From: Azolla caroliniana
Taxonomy: Eukaryota; Plantae; Polypodiophyta
NCBI GenBank assembly: GCA_043228905.1
Contig: JBHGNT010000010.1
Span: 496,001 to 560,000, forward strand
Reading direction: 5' to 3'
DNA: 64,000 bases
The notes beneath the pieces were generated by a model, which had not been told where the DNA came from, ran no database searches, and worked only from the letters and a program-made list of their open reading frames with translations. Below are positions 25,781 to 40,700 of this stretch, piece after piece. The position numbers and the translations under genes are program-made. Numbering within the stretch: position 1 is the stretch's first letter; each line of letters opens with the position of its first letter.

Positions 25781-28700
25781 AAAATCTTGATTTTTTCATT
25801 CCATATCTTAGGTAGCGTTGTTAGCTTCGATTCGCATGTTTGAACACAGAAATCCGGGATCACACGAGCTAGGTATGAACATTTTAATTTACTCACGCGC
25901 TCTTCTCAACTCCCTCCTCAATTTTGGTAATTTCTTCATGTCTCTCGACCTGAGTTTCAAAATCTTGATTTTTTAATTCTATATCATAGCTAGCATTGTT
26001 AACTTCGATTCGCAGCTTTGAACACAAAAATCCGGGATCACACGAGCCAGGTATGAACATTTTAATTTACTCACGCGCTCTTCTCAACTCCCTCTTCTAA
26101 CTTGCCAATTTCTTCATGTCTCTTGACCTGAGTTTCAAAATCTCGATTTTTTAATTCCATATTATATGTAGCGTTGTTAGCTTCGATTCGCATCTTTGAA
26201 CACTAAAATCCGAGATCACATGGGCCAGGTATGAACATTTTAATATACTCACGGGCTCTTCTCAACTCCCTGCTCAAATTTGGTAATTTCTTCATGTCTC
26301 TTGACGTGAGTTTCAAAATCTAGATTTTTTAATTCCATATCATAGGTAGCGTTGTTAGTTTCGATTCCCATGTTTGAACACAAAAATCCGATATTACACG
26401 AGCCAGGTATGAACATTTTAATTTACTCACGCGCTCTTCTCAACTCCCTCCTCAAATTTGATAATTTCTTCATGTCTCTCGACCTGAGTTGCAAAACCTG
26501 GATTTTTTAATTCTATATCTTAGGTAGCGTTGTTAGCTTCGAATCGCATGTTTGAACACAAAAATCCGGGATCACACGAGCCAGGTATGAACATTTTAAT
26601 TTACTCACGCGCTCTTCTCAACTCCCTCTTCAAATTTGGTAATTTCTTTATGTCTCTCGACCTGAGTTTCAAAATCTCGATTTTTTAATTCCATATTATA
26701 GGTAGCGTTGTTAGCTTCGATTCGCATCTTTGAACACAAAAATCCGATATCACACGAGCCAGGTATGAACATTTTAATTTAGTCACGCGCTCTTCTCAAC
26801 TCCCTCCTCGAATTTGGTAATTTCTTCATGTCTCTCGACCTGAGTTTCAAAATCTTGAATTTTTATTCCATATCATAGGTAGTGTTGTTAGCTTCGAATC
26901 GCATGTTTGAACACAAAAATCCGGGATCACACGAGCCAGGTATGAACATTTTAATTTACTCACGCGCTCTTCTCAACTCCCTCTTCAAATTTGGTAATTT
27001 CTTTATGTCTCTCGACCTGAGTTTCAAAATCTCGATTTTTTAATTCCATATTATAGGTAGCGTTGTTAGCTTCGATTCGCATCTTTGAACACAAAAATCC
27101 GATATCACACGAGCCAGGTATGAACATTTTAATTTCGTCACGCGCTCTTCTCAACTCCCTCCTCGAATTTGGTAATTTCTTCATGTCTCTCGACCTGAGT
27201 TTCAAAATCTTGAATTTTTATTCCATATCATAGGTAGTGTTGTTAGCTTTGAATCACATGTTTGAACACAAAAATTCGATATCACACGAGCCAGGTATGA
27301 ACATTTTAATTGACTCACGCACTCTTCTCAACTCCCTCTTCTAACTTGCCAATTTCTTCATGTCTCTCGACCTGAGTTTCAAAATCTCGATTTTTTAATT
27401 CCATATTATATGTAGAGTTTTTTGCTTCGATTCGCATCTTTGAACACTAAAATCCGATATCACATGGGCCAGGTATGAAAATTTTAATTTACTCACCGGC
27501 TCTTCTCAAGTCCCTCCTCAAATTTGGTAATTTCATGTCTCTAGACATGAGTTTCAAAATCTGGATTTTTTGATTCTATATCATAGCTAGTGTTGTTAGC
27601 TTCGATTTGCATGTTTTAACACAAAAATCCGGGATCACACGAGCCAGGTATGAACATTTTAATTTACTCACGAGCTCTTCTCAACTCCCTCTTCAAATTT
27701 GGTAATTTCTTCATATCTCTCGACCTGAGTTTCAAAATTTCGGTTTTTTAATTCCATATCATAGGTAGCGTTGTTATCTTCGAATGACATGTGTGAACAC
27801 AAAAATCCGGGATCACACGAACCATGTATGAACATTTTAATTTACTCACGCGCTCTTCTCAACTCCCTCCTCAAATTTGGTAATTTCTGCAGGTCTCTCG
27901 ACCTGAGTTTCAAAATCTTGATTTTTTAATTCCATATCATAGGCAGCTTTGTTAGCTTCGATTCGCATGTTTGAACACAGAAATCCGGGATCACACGAGC
28001 CAGGTATGAACATTTTAATTTAGTCACGCGCTCTTCTCAACTCCCTCCTCGAATTTGGTAATTTCTTCATGTCTCGAGACCTGAGTTTCAAAATCATGAC
28101 CTTTTAATTCCATATCATAGCTAGTGTTGTTAGCTTCGATTCGCATCTTTGAACACTAAAATCCGAGATCACATGGGCCAGGAATGAAAATTTTAATGTA
28201 CTCACGGGCTCTTCTCAACTCCCTCTTCAAATTTGGTAATTTCTTCATGTCTCTTGACGTGAGTTTCAAAATCTCGATTTTTTAATTCCAAATCATAGGT
28301 AGCATTTTTAGTTTCGATTCCCATGTTTGAACACAAAAATCCGATATTACACGAGACAGGTATGAACATTTTAATTTACTCACGCGCTCTTCTCAACTCC
28401 CTCCTCAAATTTGATAATTTCTTCATGTCTCTCGACCTGAGTTTCAAAATCTGGATTTTTTAATTCTATATCTTAGGTAGTGTTGTTAGCTTCGAATCGC
28501 ATGTTTGAACACAAAAATCCGAGATCACACGAGCCAGGTATGAACATTTTAATTTACTCTCGCGCTCTTCTCAACTCCCTCTTCAAATTTGGTAATTTCT
28601 TTATGTCTCTCGACCTGAGTTTCAAAATCTCGATTTTTTAATTCCATATAATAGATAGCGTTGTCAGTTTCGAATCCCATGTTTGAACACAGAAATCCGA

Positions 28701-31700
28701 TATCACAAAAGCCAGGTATGCACATTTTAATTTACTCACGCGCTCCTCTCAACTCCCTCTTCAAATTTGGTAATTTCTTCAAGTCTCTTGACCTGAATTT
28801 CAAAATTTCTATTTCTTAACTCCACATTATAGGTAGCGTTGTTATCTTCGAATCGCATGTTTGAACACAAAAATCCGATATCACACGAGCCAGGTATGAA
28901 CATTTTAATTTACTCACGCGCTCTTCTCAACTCCCTCCTCAAATTTGATAATTTCTTCATGTCTCTCGACCTGAGTTGCAAAACCTGGATTTTTTAATTC
29001 TATATCTTAGGTAGCGTTGTTAGCTTCGAATCGCATGTTTGAACACAAAAATCTGATATTACACGAGCCAGGTATGAAAATTTTAAATTAGTCACGCGCT
29101 CTTCTCAACTCCCTCCTCGAATTTGGTAATTTCTTCATGTCTCGTGACCTGAGTTTCAAAATCATGATTTTTTAATTCTATATCATAGCTAGTGTTGTTA
29201 GCTTCAATTCGCATGTTTTAACACAAAAATCAGGGATCACACGAGCCAGGTATGAACATTTGAATTTAGTCACGCGCTCTTCTAAACTCCCTCCTCAAAT
29301 TTGGTAATTTCTTCATGTCTCTCGACCTGAGTTTTAAAATCTTGATTTTTTAATTCCATATCATAGGTAGCGTTGTTAACTTCGATTCGCATCTTTGAAC
29401 ACAAAACTCTGGTATCACACGAGCCAGTTATGAATATTTTAAATTAGTCACGCGCTCTTCTCAACTCCCTCCTCGAATTTGGTAATTTCTTCATGTCTCG
29501 TGACCTGAGTTTCAAAATCATGATTTTTTAATTCTATATCATAGCTAGTGTTGTTAGCGTCAATTCGCATGTTTTAATACAAAAATCAGGGATCACACGA
29601 GCCAGGTATGAACATTTGAATTTAGTCACACGCTCTTCTAAACTCCTTCCTCAAATTTGGTAATTTCTTCATGTCTCTCGACCTGAGTTTTAAAATCTTG
29701 ATTTTTTAATTCCATATTATAGGTAGCTTTGTTACCTTCGATTCGCATCTTTGAACACTAAAATCCGATATCACACGAGCCAGGTATGAACATTGTAATT
29801 TAGTCACGCGCTCTTCTCAACTCCCTCCTCAAATTTGGTAATTTCTGCATGTTTCTCGACCTGAGTTTCAAAATCTCAATTTTTTAAGTCGAGATTATAG
29901 GTAGCCTTGTTACCTTCAATTCGCATCTTTGAACACTAAAATCCGATATGACACGGGCCAGGTATGAACATTTTAATTTACTCACGGGCTCTTCTTCATG
30001 TCTGTCGACCTGAGTTTAAAAATCTTGATTTTTTTATTCTATATCATAGCTAGTGTTGTTAGCTTCGATTCGCATCTTTGAACACAAAAATCCGGGATCA
30101 CACGAGCCAGGTATGAACATTTTAATTTACTCACGGGCTCTTCTCAACTCCCTCTTCTAACTTGCCAATTTCTTCATGTCTCTCGACCTGAGTTTCAAAA
30201 TCTCGATTTTTTTATTCTATATCATATCTAGTGTTGTTAGCTTCGATTCGCATCTTTGAACACTAAAATCCCATATCACACGGGCCAGGTATGAACATTT
30301 TAATTTACTCACGGGCTCTTCTCAACTCCCTCTTCTAACTTGCCAATTTCTTCATGTCTCTCGACCTGAGTTTCAAAATCTCGATTTGTTAATTCCATAT
30401 CATAGGTAGCATTGTTAGCTTCGAATCGCATGTTTGAACAGAAAAATCCGATATCACATGGGCCAGGAATGAACATTTTAATTTACTCATGGGCTCTTCT
30501 AAAATCCCTGTTCTAACTTGCCAATTTCTTCATGTCCCTCGACATGAGTTTCAAAATCTTGATTTTTTTATTCTATATCATAGCTAGTGTTTTTAGCTTC
30601 GATTCGCATCTTTGAACACAAAAATCCGGGATCACACGAGCAAGGCATGAACATTTTAATTTACTCACGGGCTCTTCTCAACTCCCTCTTCTAACTTACC
30701 AATTTCTTCATGTGTCTCGACCTGAGTTTCAAAATCTTGATTTTTTAATTCTATATCATAGCTAGTGTTTTTAGCTTCGATTCGCATCTTTGAACACAAA
30801 AATCTGGGATCACACGAGCCAGGTATGAACATTTTAATTTACTCACGGGATCTTCTCAACTCCCTCTTCTAACTTGCCAATTTCTTCATGTCTCTCGAAC
30901 TGAGTTTCAAAATCTCGATTTTTTTATTCTATATCATAGCTAATGTTGTTAGCATCGAATCGCATCTTTCAACACAAAAATCCAATATCACACGAGCCAG
31001 GTTTGAACATTTTAATTTACTCACGCGCTCTTCTCAACTCCCTCTTCAAATTTGGTAATTTCTTCAAGTCTCTTGACCTGAATTTCAAAATTTCTATTTC
31101 TTAACTCCACATTATAGGTAGCGTTGTTAGCTTCGAATCGCATGTTTGAATACAAAAATCCGATATCACACGAGCCAGGTATGAACATTTTAATTTACTC
31201 ACGCGCTCTTCTCAACTCCCTCCTCAAATTTGATAATTTCTTCATGTCTGTCGACCTGAGTTGCAAAACCTGGATTTTTTAATTCTATATCTTAGGTAGC
31301 GTTGTTAGCTTCGAATCGCATGTTTGAACACAAAAATCTGATATTACACGAGCCAGGTATGAAAATTTTAAATTAGTCACGCGCTCTTCTCAACTCCCTC
31401 CTCGAATTTGGTAATTTCTTCATGTCTCGTGACCTGAGTTTCAAAATCATGATTTTTTAATTCTACATCATAGCTAGTGTTGTTAGCTTCAATTCGCATG
31501 TTTTAACACAAAAATCAGGGATCACACGAGCCAGGTATGAACATTTGAATTTAGTCACGCGCTCTTCTAAACTCCCTCCTCAAATTTGGTAATTTCTTCA
31601 TGTCTCTCGACCTGAGTTTTAAAATCTTGATTTTTTCATTCCATATCTTAGGTAGCGTTGTTAGCTTCGATTCGCATGTTTGAACACAGAAATCCGGGAT

Positions 31701-34700
31701 CACACGAGCTAGGTATGAACATTTTAATTTACTCACGCGCTCTTCTCAACTCCCTCCTCAATTTTGGTAATTTCTTCATGTCTCTCGACCTGAGTTTCAA
31801 AATCTTGATTTTTTAATTCTATATCATAGCTAGCATTGTTAACTTCGATTCGCAGCTTTGAACACAAAAATCCGGGATCACACGAGCCAGGTATGAACAT
31901 TTTAATTTACTCACGCGCTCTTCTCAACTCCCTCTTCTAACTTGCCAATTTCTTCATGTCTCTTGACCTGAGTTTCAAAATCTCGATTTTTTAATTCCAT
32001 ATTATATGTAGCGTTGTTAGCTTCGATTCGCATCTTTGAACACTAAAATCCGAGATCACATGGGCCAGGTATGAACATTTTAATATACTCACGGGCTCTT
32101 CTCAACTCCCTGCTCAAATTTGGTAATTTCTTCATGTCTCTTGACGTGAGTTTCAAAATCTAGATTTTTTAATTCCATATCATAGGTAGCGTTGTTAGTT
32201 TCGATTCCCATGTTTGAACACAAAAATCCGATATTACACGAGCCAGGTATGAACATTTTAATTTACTCACGCGCTCTTCTCAACTCCCTCCTCAAATTTG
32301 ATAATTTCTTCATGTCTCTCGACCTGAGTTGCAAAACCTGGATTTTTTAATTCTATATCTTAGGTAGCGTTGTTAGCTTCGAATCGCATGTTTGAACACA
32401 AAAATCCGGGATCACACGAGCCAGGTATGAACATTTTAATTTACTCACGCGCTCTTCTCAACTCCCTCTTCAAATTTGGTAATTTCTTTATGTCTCTCGA
32501 CCTGAGTTTCAAAATCTCGATTTTTTAATTCCATATTATAGGTAGCGTTGTTAGCTTCGATTCGCATCTTTGAACACAAAAATCCGATATCACACGAGCC
32601 AGGTATGAACATTTTAATTTAGTCACGCGCTCTTCTCAACTCCCTCCTCGAATTTGGTAATTTCTTCATGTCTCTCGACCTGAGTTTCAAAATCTTGAAT
32701 TTTTATTCCATATCATAGGTAGTGTTGTTAGCTTCGAATCGCATGTTTGAACACAAAAATCCGGGATCACACGAGCCAGGTATGAACATTTTAATTTACT
32801 CACGCGCTCTTCTCAACTCCCTCTTCAAATTTGGTAATTTCTTTATGTCTCTCGACCTGAGTTTCAAAATCTCGATTTTTTAATTCCATATTATAGGTAG
32901 CGTTGTTAGCTTCGATTCGCATCTTTGAACACAAAAATCCGATATCACACGAGCCAGGTATGAACATTTTAATTTCGTCACGCGCTCTTCTCAACTCCCT
33001 CCTCGAATTTGGTAATTTCTTCATGTCTCTCGACCTGAGTTTCAAAATCTTGAATTTTTATTCCATATCATAGGTAGTGTTGTTAGCTTTGAATCACATG
33101 TTTGAACACAAAAATTCGATATCACACGAGCCAGGTATGAACATTTTAATTGACTCACGCACTCTTCTCAACTCCCTCTTCTAACTTGCCAATTTCTTCA
33201 TGTCTCTCGACCTGAGTTTCAAAATCTCGATTTTTTAATTCCATATTATATGTAGAGTTTTTTGCTTCGATTCGCATCTTTGAACACTAAAATCCGATAT
33301 CACATGGGCCAGGTATGAAAATTTTAATTTACTCACCGGCTCTTCTCAAGTCCCTCCTCAAATTTGGTAATTTCATGTCTCTAGACATGAGTTTCAAAAT
33401 CTGGATTTTTTGATTCTATATCATAGCTAGTGTTGTTAGCTTCGATTTGCATGTTTTAACACAAAAATCCGGGATCACACGAGCCAGGTATGAACATTTT
33501 AATTTACTCACGAGCTCTTCTCAACTCCCTCTTCAAATTTGGTAATTTCTTCATATCTCTCGACCTGAGTTTCAAAATTTCGGTTTTTTAATTCCATATC
33601 ATAGGTAGCGTTGTTATCTTCGAATGACATGTGTGAACACAAAAATCCGGGATCACACGAACCATGTATGAACATTTTAATTTACTCACGCGCTCTTCTC
33701 AACTCCCTCCTCAAATTTGGTAATTTCTGCAGGTCTCTCGACCTGAGTTTCAAAATCTTGATTTTTTAATTCCATATCATAGGCAGCTTTGTTAGCTTCG
33801 ATTCGCATGTTTGAACACAGAAATCCGGGATCACACGAGCCAGGTATGAACATTTTAATTTAGTCACGCGCTCTTCTCAACTCCCTCCTCGAATTTGGTA
33901 ATTTCTTCATGTCTCGAGACCTGAGTTTCAAAATCATGACCTTTTAATTCCATATCATAGCTAGTGTTGTTAGCTTCGATTCGCATCTTTGAACACTAAA
34001 ATCCGAGATCACATGGGCCAGGAATGAAAATTTTAATGTACTCACGGGCTCTTCTCAACTCCCTCTTCAAATTTGGTAATTTCTTCATGTCTCTTGACGT
34101 GAGTTTCAAAATCTCGATTTTTTAATTCCAAATCATAGGTAGCATTTTTAGTTTCGATTCCCATGTTTGAACACAAAAATCCGATATTACACGAGACAGG
34201 TATGAACATTTTAATTTACTCACGCGCTCTTCTCAACTCCCTCCTCAAATTTGATAATTTCTTCATGTCTCTCGACCTGAGTTTCAAAATCTGGATTTTT
34301 TAATTCTATATCTTAGGTAGTGTTGTTAGCTTCGAATCGCATGTTTGAACACAAAAATCCGAGATCACACGAGCCAGGTATGAACATTTTAATTTACTCT
34401 CGCGCTCTTCTCAACTCCCTCTTCAAATTTGGTAATTTCTTTATGTCTCTCGACCTGAGTTTCAAAATCTCGATTTTTTAATTCCATATAATAGATAGCG
34501 TTGTCAGTTTCGAATCCCATGTTTGAACACAGAAATCCGATATCACAAAAGCCAGGTATGCACATTTTAATTTACTCACGCGCTCCTCTCAACTCCCTCT
34601 TCAAATTTGGTAATTTCTTCAAGTCTCTTGACCTGAATTTCAAAATTTCTATTTCTTAACTCCACATTATAGGTAGCGTTGTTATCTTCGAATCGCATGT

Positions 34701-37700
34701 TTGAACACAAAAATCCGATATCACACGAGCCAGGTATGAACATTTTAATTTACTCACGCGCTCTTCTCAACTCCCTCCTCAAATTTGATAATTTCTTCAT
34801 GTCTCTCGACCTGAGTTGCAAAACCTGGATTTTTTAATTCTATATCTTAGGTAGCGTTGTTAGCTTCGAATCGCATGTTTGAACACAAAAATCCGATATT
34901 ACACGAGCCAGGTATGAAAATTTTAAATTAGTCACGCGCTCTTCTCAACTCCCTCCTCGAATTTGGTAATTTCTTCATGTCTCGTGACCTGAGTTTCACA
35001 ATCATGATTTTTTAATTCTATATCATAGCTAGTGTTGTTAGCTTCAATTCGCATGTTTTAACACAAAAATCAGGGATCACACGAGCCAGGTATGAACATT
35101 TGAATTTAGTCACGCGCTCTTCTAAACTCCCTCCTCAAATTTGGTAATTTCTTCATGTCTCTCGACCTGAGTTTTAAAATCTTGATTTTTTAATTCCATA
35201 TCATAGGTAGCGTTGTTAACTTCGATTCGCATCTTTGAACACAAAAATCTGGTATCACACGAGCCAGGTATGAATATTTTAAATTAGTCACGCGCTCTTC
35301 TCAACTCCCTCCTCGAATTTGGTAATTTCTTCATGTCTCGTGACCTGAGTTTCAAAATCATGATTTTTTAATTCTATATCATAGCTAGTGTCGTTAATGT
35401 CAATTCGCATGTTTTAATACAAAAATCAGGGATCACACGAGCCAGGTATGAACATTTGAATTTAGTCACACGCTCTTCTAAACTCCTTCCTCAAATTTGG
35501 TAATTTCTTCATGTCTCTCGACCTGAGTTTTAAAATCTTGATTTTTTAATTCCATATTATAGGTAGCTTTGTTACCTTCGATTCGCATCTTTGAACACTA
35601 AAATCCGATATCACACGAGCCAGGTATGAACATTGTAATTTAGTCACGCGCTCTTCTCAACTCCCTCCTCAAATTTGGTAATTTCTGCATGTTTCTCGAC
35701 CTGAGTTTCAAAATCTCAATTTTTTAAGTCGAGATTATAGGTAGCCTTGTTACCTTCAATTCGCATCTTTGAACACTAAAATCCGATATGACACGGGCCA
35801 GGTATGAACATTTTAATTTACTCACGGGCTCTTCTTCATGTCTGTCGACCTGAGTTTAAAAATCTTGATTTTTTTATTCTATATCATAGCTAGTGTTGTT
35901 AGCTTCGATTCGCATCTTTGAACACAAAAATCCGGGATCACACGAGCCAGGTATGAACATTTTAATTTACTCACGGGCTCTTCTCAACTCCCTCTTCTAA
36001 CTTGCCAATTTCTTCATGTCTCTCGACCTGAGTTTCAAAATCTCGATTTTTTTATTCTATATCATATCTAGTGTTGTTAGCTTCGATTCGCATCTTTGAA
36101 CACTAAAATCCCATATCACACGGGCCAGGTATGAACATTTTAATTTACTCACGGGCTCTTCTCAACTCCCTCTTCTAACTTGCCAATTTCTTCATGTCTC
36201 TCGACCTGAGTTTCAAAATCTCGATTTGTTAATTCCATATCATAGGTAGCATTGTTAGCTTCGAATCGCATGTTTGAACAGAAAAATCCGATATCACATG
36301 GGCCAGGAATGAACATTTTAATTTACTCATGGGCTCTTCTAAAATCCCTGTTCTAACTTGCCAATTTCTTCATGTCCCTCGACATGAGTTTCAAAATCTT
36401 GATTTTTTTATTCTATATCATAGCTAGTGTTTTTAGCTTCGATTCGCATCTTTGAACACAAAAATCCGGGATCACACGAGCAAGGCATGAACATTTTAAT
36501 TTACTCACGGGCTCTTCTCAACTCCCTCTTCTAACTTACCAATTTCTTCATGTGTCTCGACCTGAGTTTCAAAATCTTGATTTTTTAATTCTATATCATA
36601 GCTAGTGTTTTTAGCTTCGATTCGCATCTTTGAACACAAAAATCTGGGATCACACGAGCCAGGTATGAACATTTTAATTTACTCACGGGATCTTCTCAAC
36701 TCCCTCTTCTAACTTGCCAATTTCTTCATGTCTCTCGAACTGAGTTTCAAAATCTCGATTTTTTTATTCTATATCATAGCTAATGTTGTTAGCATCGAAT
36801 CGCATCTTTCAACACAAAAATCCAATATCACACGAGCCAGGTTTGAACATTTTAATTTACTCACGCGCTCTTCTCAACTCCCTCTTCAAATTTGGTAATT
36901 TCTTCAAGTCTCTTGACCTGAATTTCAAAATTTCTATTTCTTAACTCCACATTATAGGTAGCGTTGTTAGCTTCGAATCGCATGTTTGAACACAAAAATC
37001 CGATATCACACGAGCCAGGTATGAACATTTTAATTTACTCACGCGCTCTTCTCAACTCCCTCCTCAAATTTGATAATTTCTTCATGTCTGTCGACCTGAG
37101 TTGCAAAACCTGGATTTTTTAATTCTATATCTTAGGTAGCGTTGTTAGCTTCGAATCGCATGTTTGAACACAAAAATCTGATATTACACGAGCCAGGTAT
37201 GAAAATTTTAAATTAGTCACGCGCTCTTCTCAACTCCCTCCTCGAATTTGGTAATTTCTTCATGTCTCGTGACCTGAGTTTCAAAATCATGATTTTTTAA
37301 TTCTACATCATAGCTAGTGTTGTTAGCTTCAATTCGCATGTTTTAACACAAAAATCAGGGATCACACGAGCCAGGTATGAACATTTGAATTTAGTCACGC
37401 GCTCTTTTAAACTCCCTCCTCAAATTTGGTAATTTCTTCATGTCTCTCGACCTGAGTTTTAAAATCTTGATTTTTTCATTCCATATCTTAGGTAGCATTG
37501 TTAGCTTCGATTCGCATGTTTGAACACAGAAATCCGGGATCACACGAGCTAGGTATGAACATTTTAATTTACTCACGCGCTCTTCTCAACTCCCTCCTCA
37601 ATTTTGGTAATTTCTTCATGTCTCTCGACCTGAGTTTCAAAATCTTGATTTTTTAATTCTATATCATAGCTAGCATTGTTAACTTCGATTCGCAGCTTTG

Positions 37701-40700
37701 AACACAAAAATCCGGGATCACACGAGCCAGGTATGAACATTTTAATTTACTCACGCGCTCTTCTCAACTCCCTCTTCTAACTTGCCAATTTCTTCATGTC
37801 TCTTGACCTGAGTTTCAAAATCTCGATTTTTTAATTCCATATTATATGTAGCGTTGTTAGCTTCGATTCGCATCTTTGAACACTAAAATCCGAGATCACA
37901 TGGGCCAGGTATGAACATTTTAATATACTCACGGGCTCTTCTCAACTCCCTGCTCAAATTTGGTAATTTCTTCATGTCTCTTGACGTGAGTTTCAAAATC
38001 TAGATTTTTTAATTCCATATCATAGGTAGCGTTGTTAGTTTCGATTCCCATGTTTGAACACAAAAATCCGATATTACACGAGCCAGGTATGAACATTTTA
38101 ATTTACTCACGCGCTCTTCTCAACTCCCTCCTCAAATTTGATAATTTCTTCATGTCTCTCGACCTGAGTTGCAAAACCTGGATTTTTTAATTCTATATCT
38201 TAGGTAGCGTTGTTAGCTTCGAATCGCATGTTTGAACACAAAAATCCGGGATCACACGAGCCAGGTATGAACATTTTAATTTACTCACGCGCTCTTCTCA
38301 ACTCCCTCTTCAAATTTGGTAATTTCTTTATGTCTCTCGACCTGAGTTTCAAAATCTCGATTTTTTAATTCCATATTATAGGTAGCGTTGTTAGCTTCGA
38401 TTCGCATCTTTGAACACAAAAATCCGATATCACACGAGCCAGGTATGAACATTTTAATTTAGTCACGCGCTCTTCTCAACTCCCTCCTCGAATTTGGTAA
38501 TTTCTTCATGTCTCTCGACCTGAGTTTCAAAATCTTGAATTTTTATTCCATATCATAGGTAGTGTTGTTAGCTTCGAATCGCATGTTTGAACACAAAAAT
38601 CCGGGATCACACGAGCCAGGTATGAACATTTTAATTTACTCACGCGCTCTTCTCAACTCCCTCTTCAAATTTGGTAATTTCTTTATGTCTCTCGACCTGA
38701 GTTTCAAAATCTCGATTTTTTAATTCCATATTATAGGTAGCGTTGTTAGCTTCGATTCGCATCTTTGAACACAAAAATCCGATATCACACGAGCCAGGTA
38801 TGAACATTTTAATTTAGTCACGCGCTCTTCTCAACTCCCTCCTCGAATTTGGTAATTTCTTCATGTCTCTCGACCTGAGTTTCAAAATCTTGAATTTTTA
38901 TTCCATATCATAGGTAGTGTTGTTAGCTTTGAATCACATGTTTGAACACAAAAATTCGATATCACACGAGCCAGGTATGAACATTTTAATTGACTCACGC
39001 ACTCTTCTCAACTCCCTCTTCTAACTTGCCAATTTCTTCATGTCTCTCGACCTGAGTTTCAAAATCTCGATTTTTTAATTCCATATTATATGTAGAGTTT
39101 TTTGCTTCGATTCGCATCTTTGAACACTAAAATCCGATATCACATGGGCCAGGTATGAAAATTTTAATTTACTCACCGGCTCTTCTCAAGTCCCTCCTCA
39201 AATTTGGTAATTTCATGTCTCTAGACATGAGTTTCAAAATCTGGATTTTTTGATTCTATATCATAGCTAGTGTTGTTAGCTTCGATTTGCATGTTTTAAC
39301 ACAAAAATCCGGGATCACACGAGCCAGGTATGAACATTTTAATTTACTCACGAGCTCTTCTCAACTCCCTCTTCAAATTTGGTAATTTCTTCATATCTCT
39401 CGACCTGAGTTTCAAAATTTCGGTTTTTTAATTCCATATCATAGGTAGCGTTGTTATCTTCGAATGACATGTGTGAACACAAAAATCCGGGATCACACGA
39501 ACCATGTATGAACATTTTAATTTACTCACGCGCTCTTCTCAACTCCCTCCTCAAATTTGGTAATTTCTGCAGGTCTCTCGACCTGAGTTTCAAAATCTTG
39601 ATTTTTTAATTCCATATCATAGGCAGCTTTGTTAGCTTCGATTCGCATGTTTGAACACAGAAATCCGGGATCACACGAGCCAGGTATGAACATTTTAATT
39701 TAGTCACGCGCTCTTCTCAACTCCCTCCTCGAATTTGGTAATTTCTTCATGTCTCGAGACCTGAGTTTCAAAATCATGACCTTTTAATTCCATATCATAG
39801 CTAGTGTTGTTAGCTTCGATTCGCATCTTTGAACACTAAAATCCGAGATCACATGGGCCAGGAATGAAAATTTTAATGTACTCACGGGCTCTCCTCAACT
39901 CCCTCTTCAAATTTGGTAATTTCTTCATGTCTCTTGACGTGAGTTTCAAAATCTCGATTTTTTAATTCCAAATCATAGGTAGCATTTTTAGTTTCGATTC
40001 CCATGTTTGAACACAAAAATCCGATATTACACGAGACAGGTATGAACATTTTAATTTACTCACGCGCTCTTCTCAACTCCCTCCTCAAATTTGATAATTT
40101 CTTCATGTCTCTCGACCTGAGTTTCAAAATCTGGATTTTTTAATTCTATATCTTAGGTAGTGTTGTTAGCTTCGAATCGCATGTTTGAACACAAAAATCC
40201 GAGATCACACGAGCCAGGTATGAACATTTTAATTTACTCTCGCGCTCTTCTCAACTCCCTCTTCAAATTTGGTAATTTCTTTATGTCTCTCGACCTGAGT
40301 TTCAAAATCTCGATTTTTTAATTCCATATAATAGATAGCGTTGTCAGTTTCGAATCCCATGTTTGAACACAGAAATCCGATATCACAAAAGCCAGGTATG
40401 CACATTTTAATTTACTCACGCGCTCCTCTCAACTCCCTCTTCAAATTTGGTAATTTCTTCAAGTCTCTTGACCTGAATTTCAAAATTTCTATTTCTTAAC
40501 TCCACATTATAGGTAGCGTTGTTATCTTCGAATCGCATGTTTGAACACAAAAATCCGATATCACACGAGCCAGGTATGAACATTTTAATTTACTCACGCG
40601 CTCTTCTCAACTCCCTCCTCAAATTTGATAATTTCTTCATGTCTCTCGACCTGAGTTGCAAAACCTGGATTTTTTAATTCTATATCTTAGGTAGCGTTGT

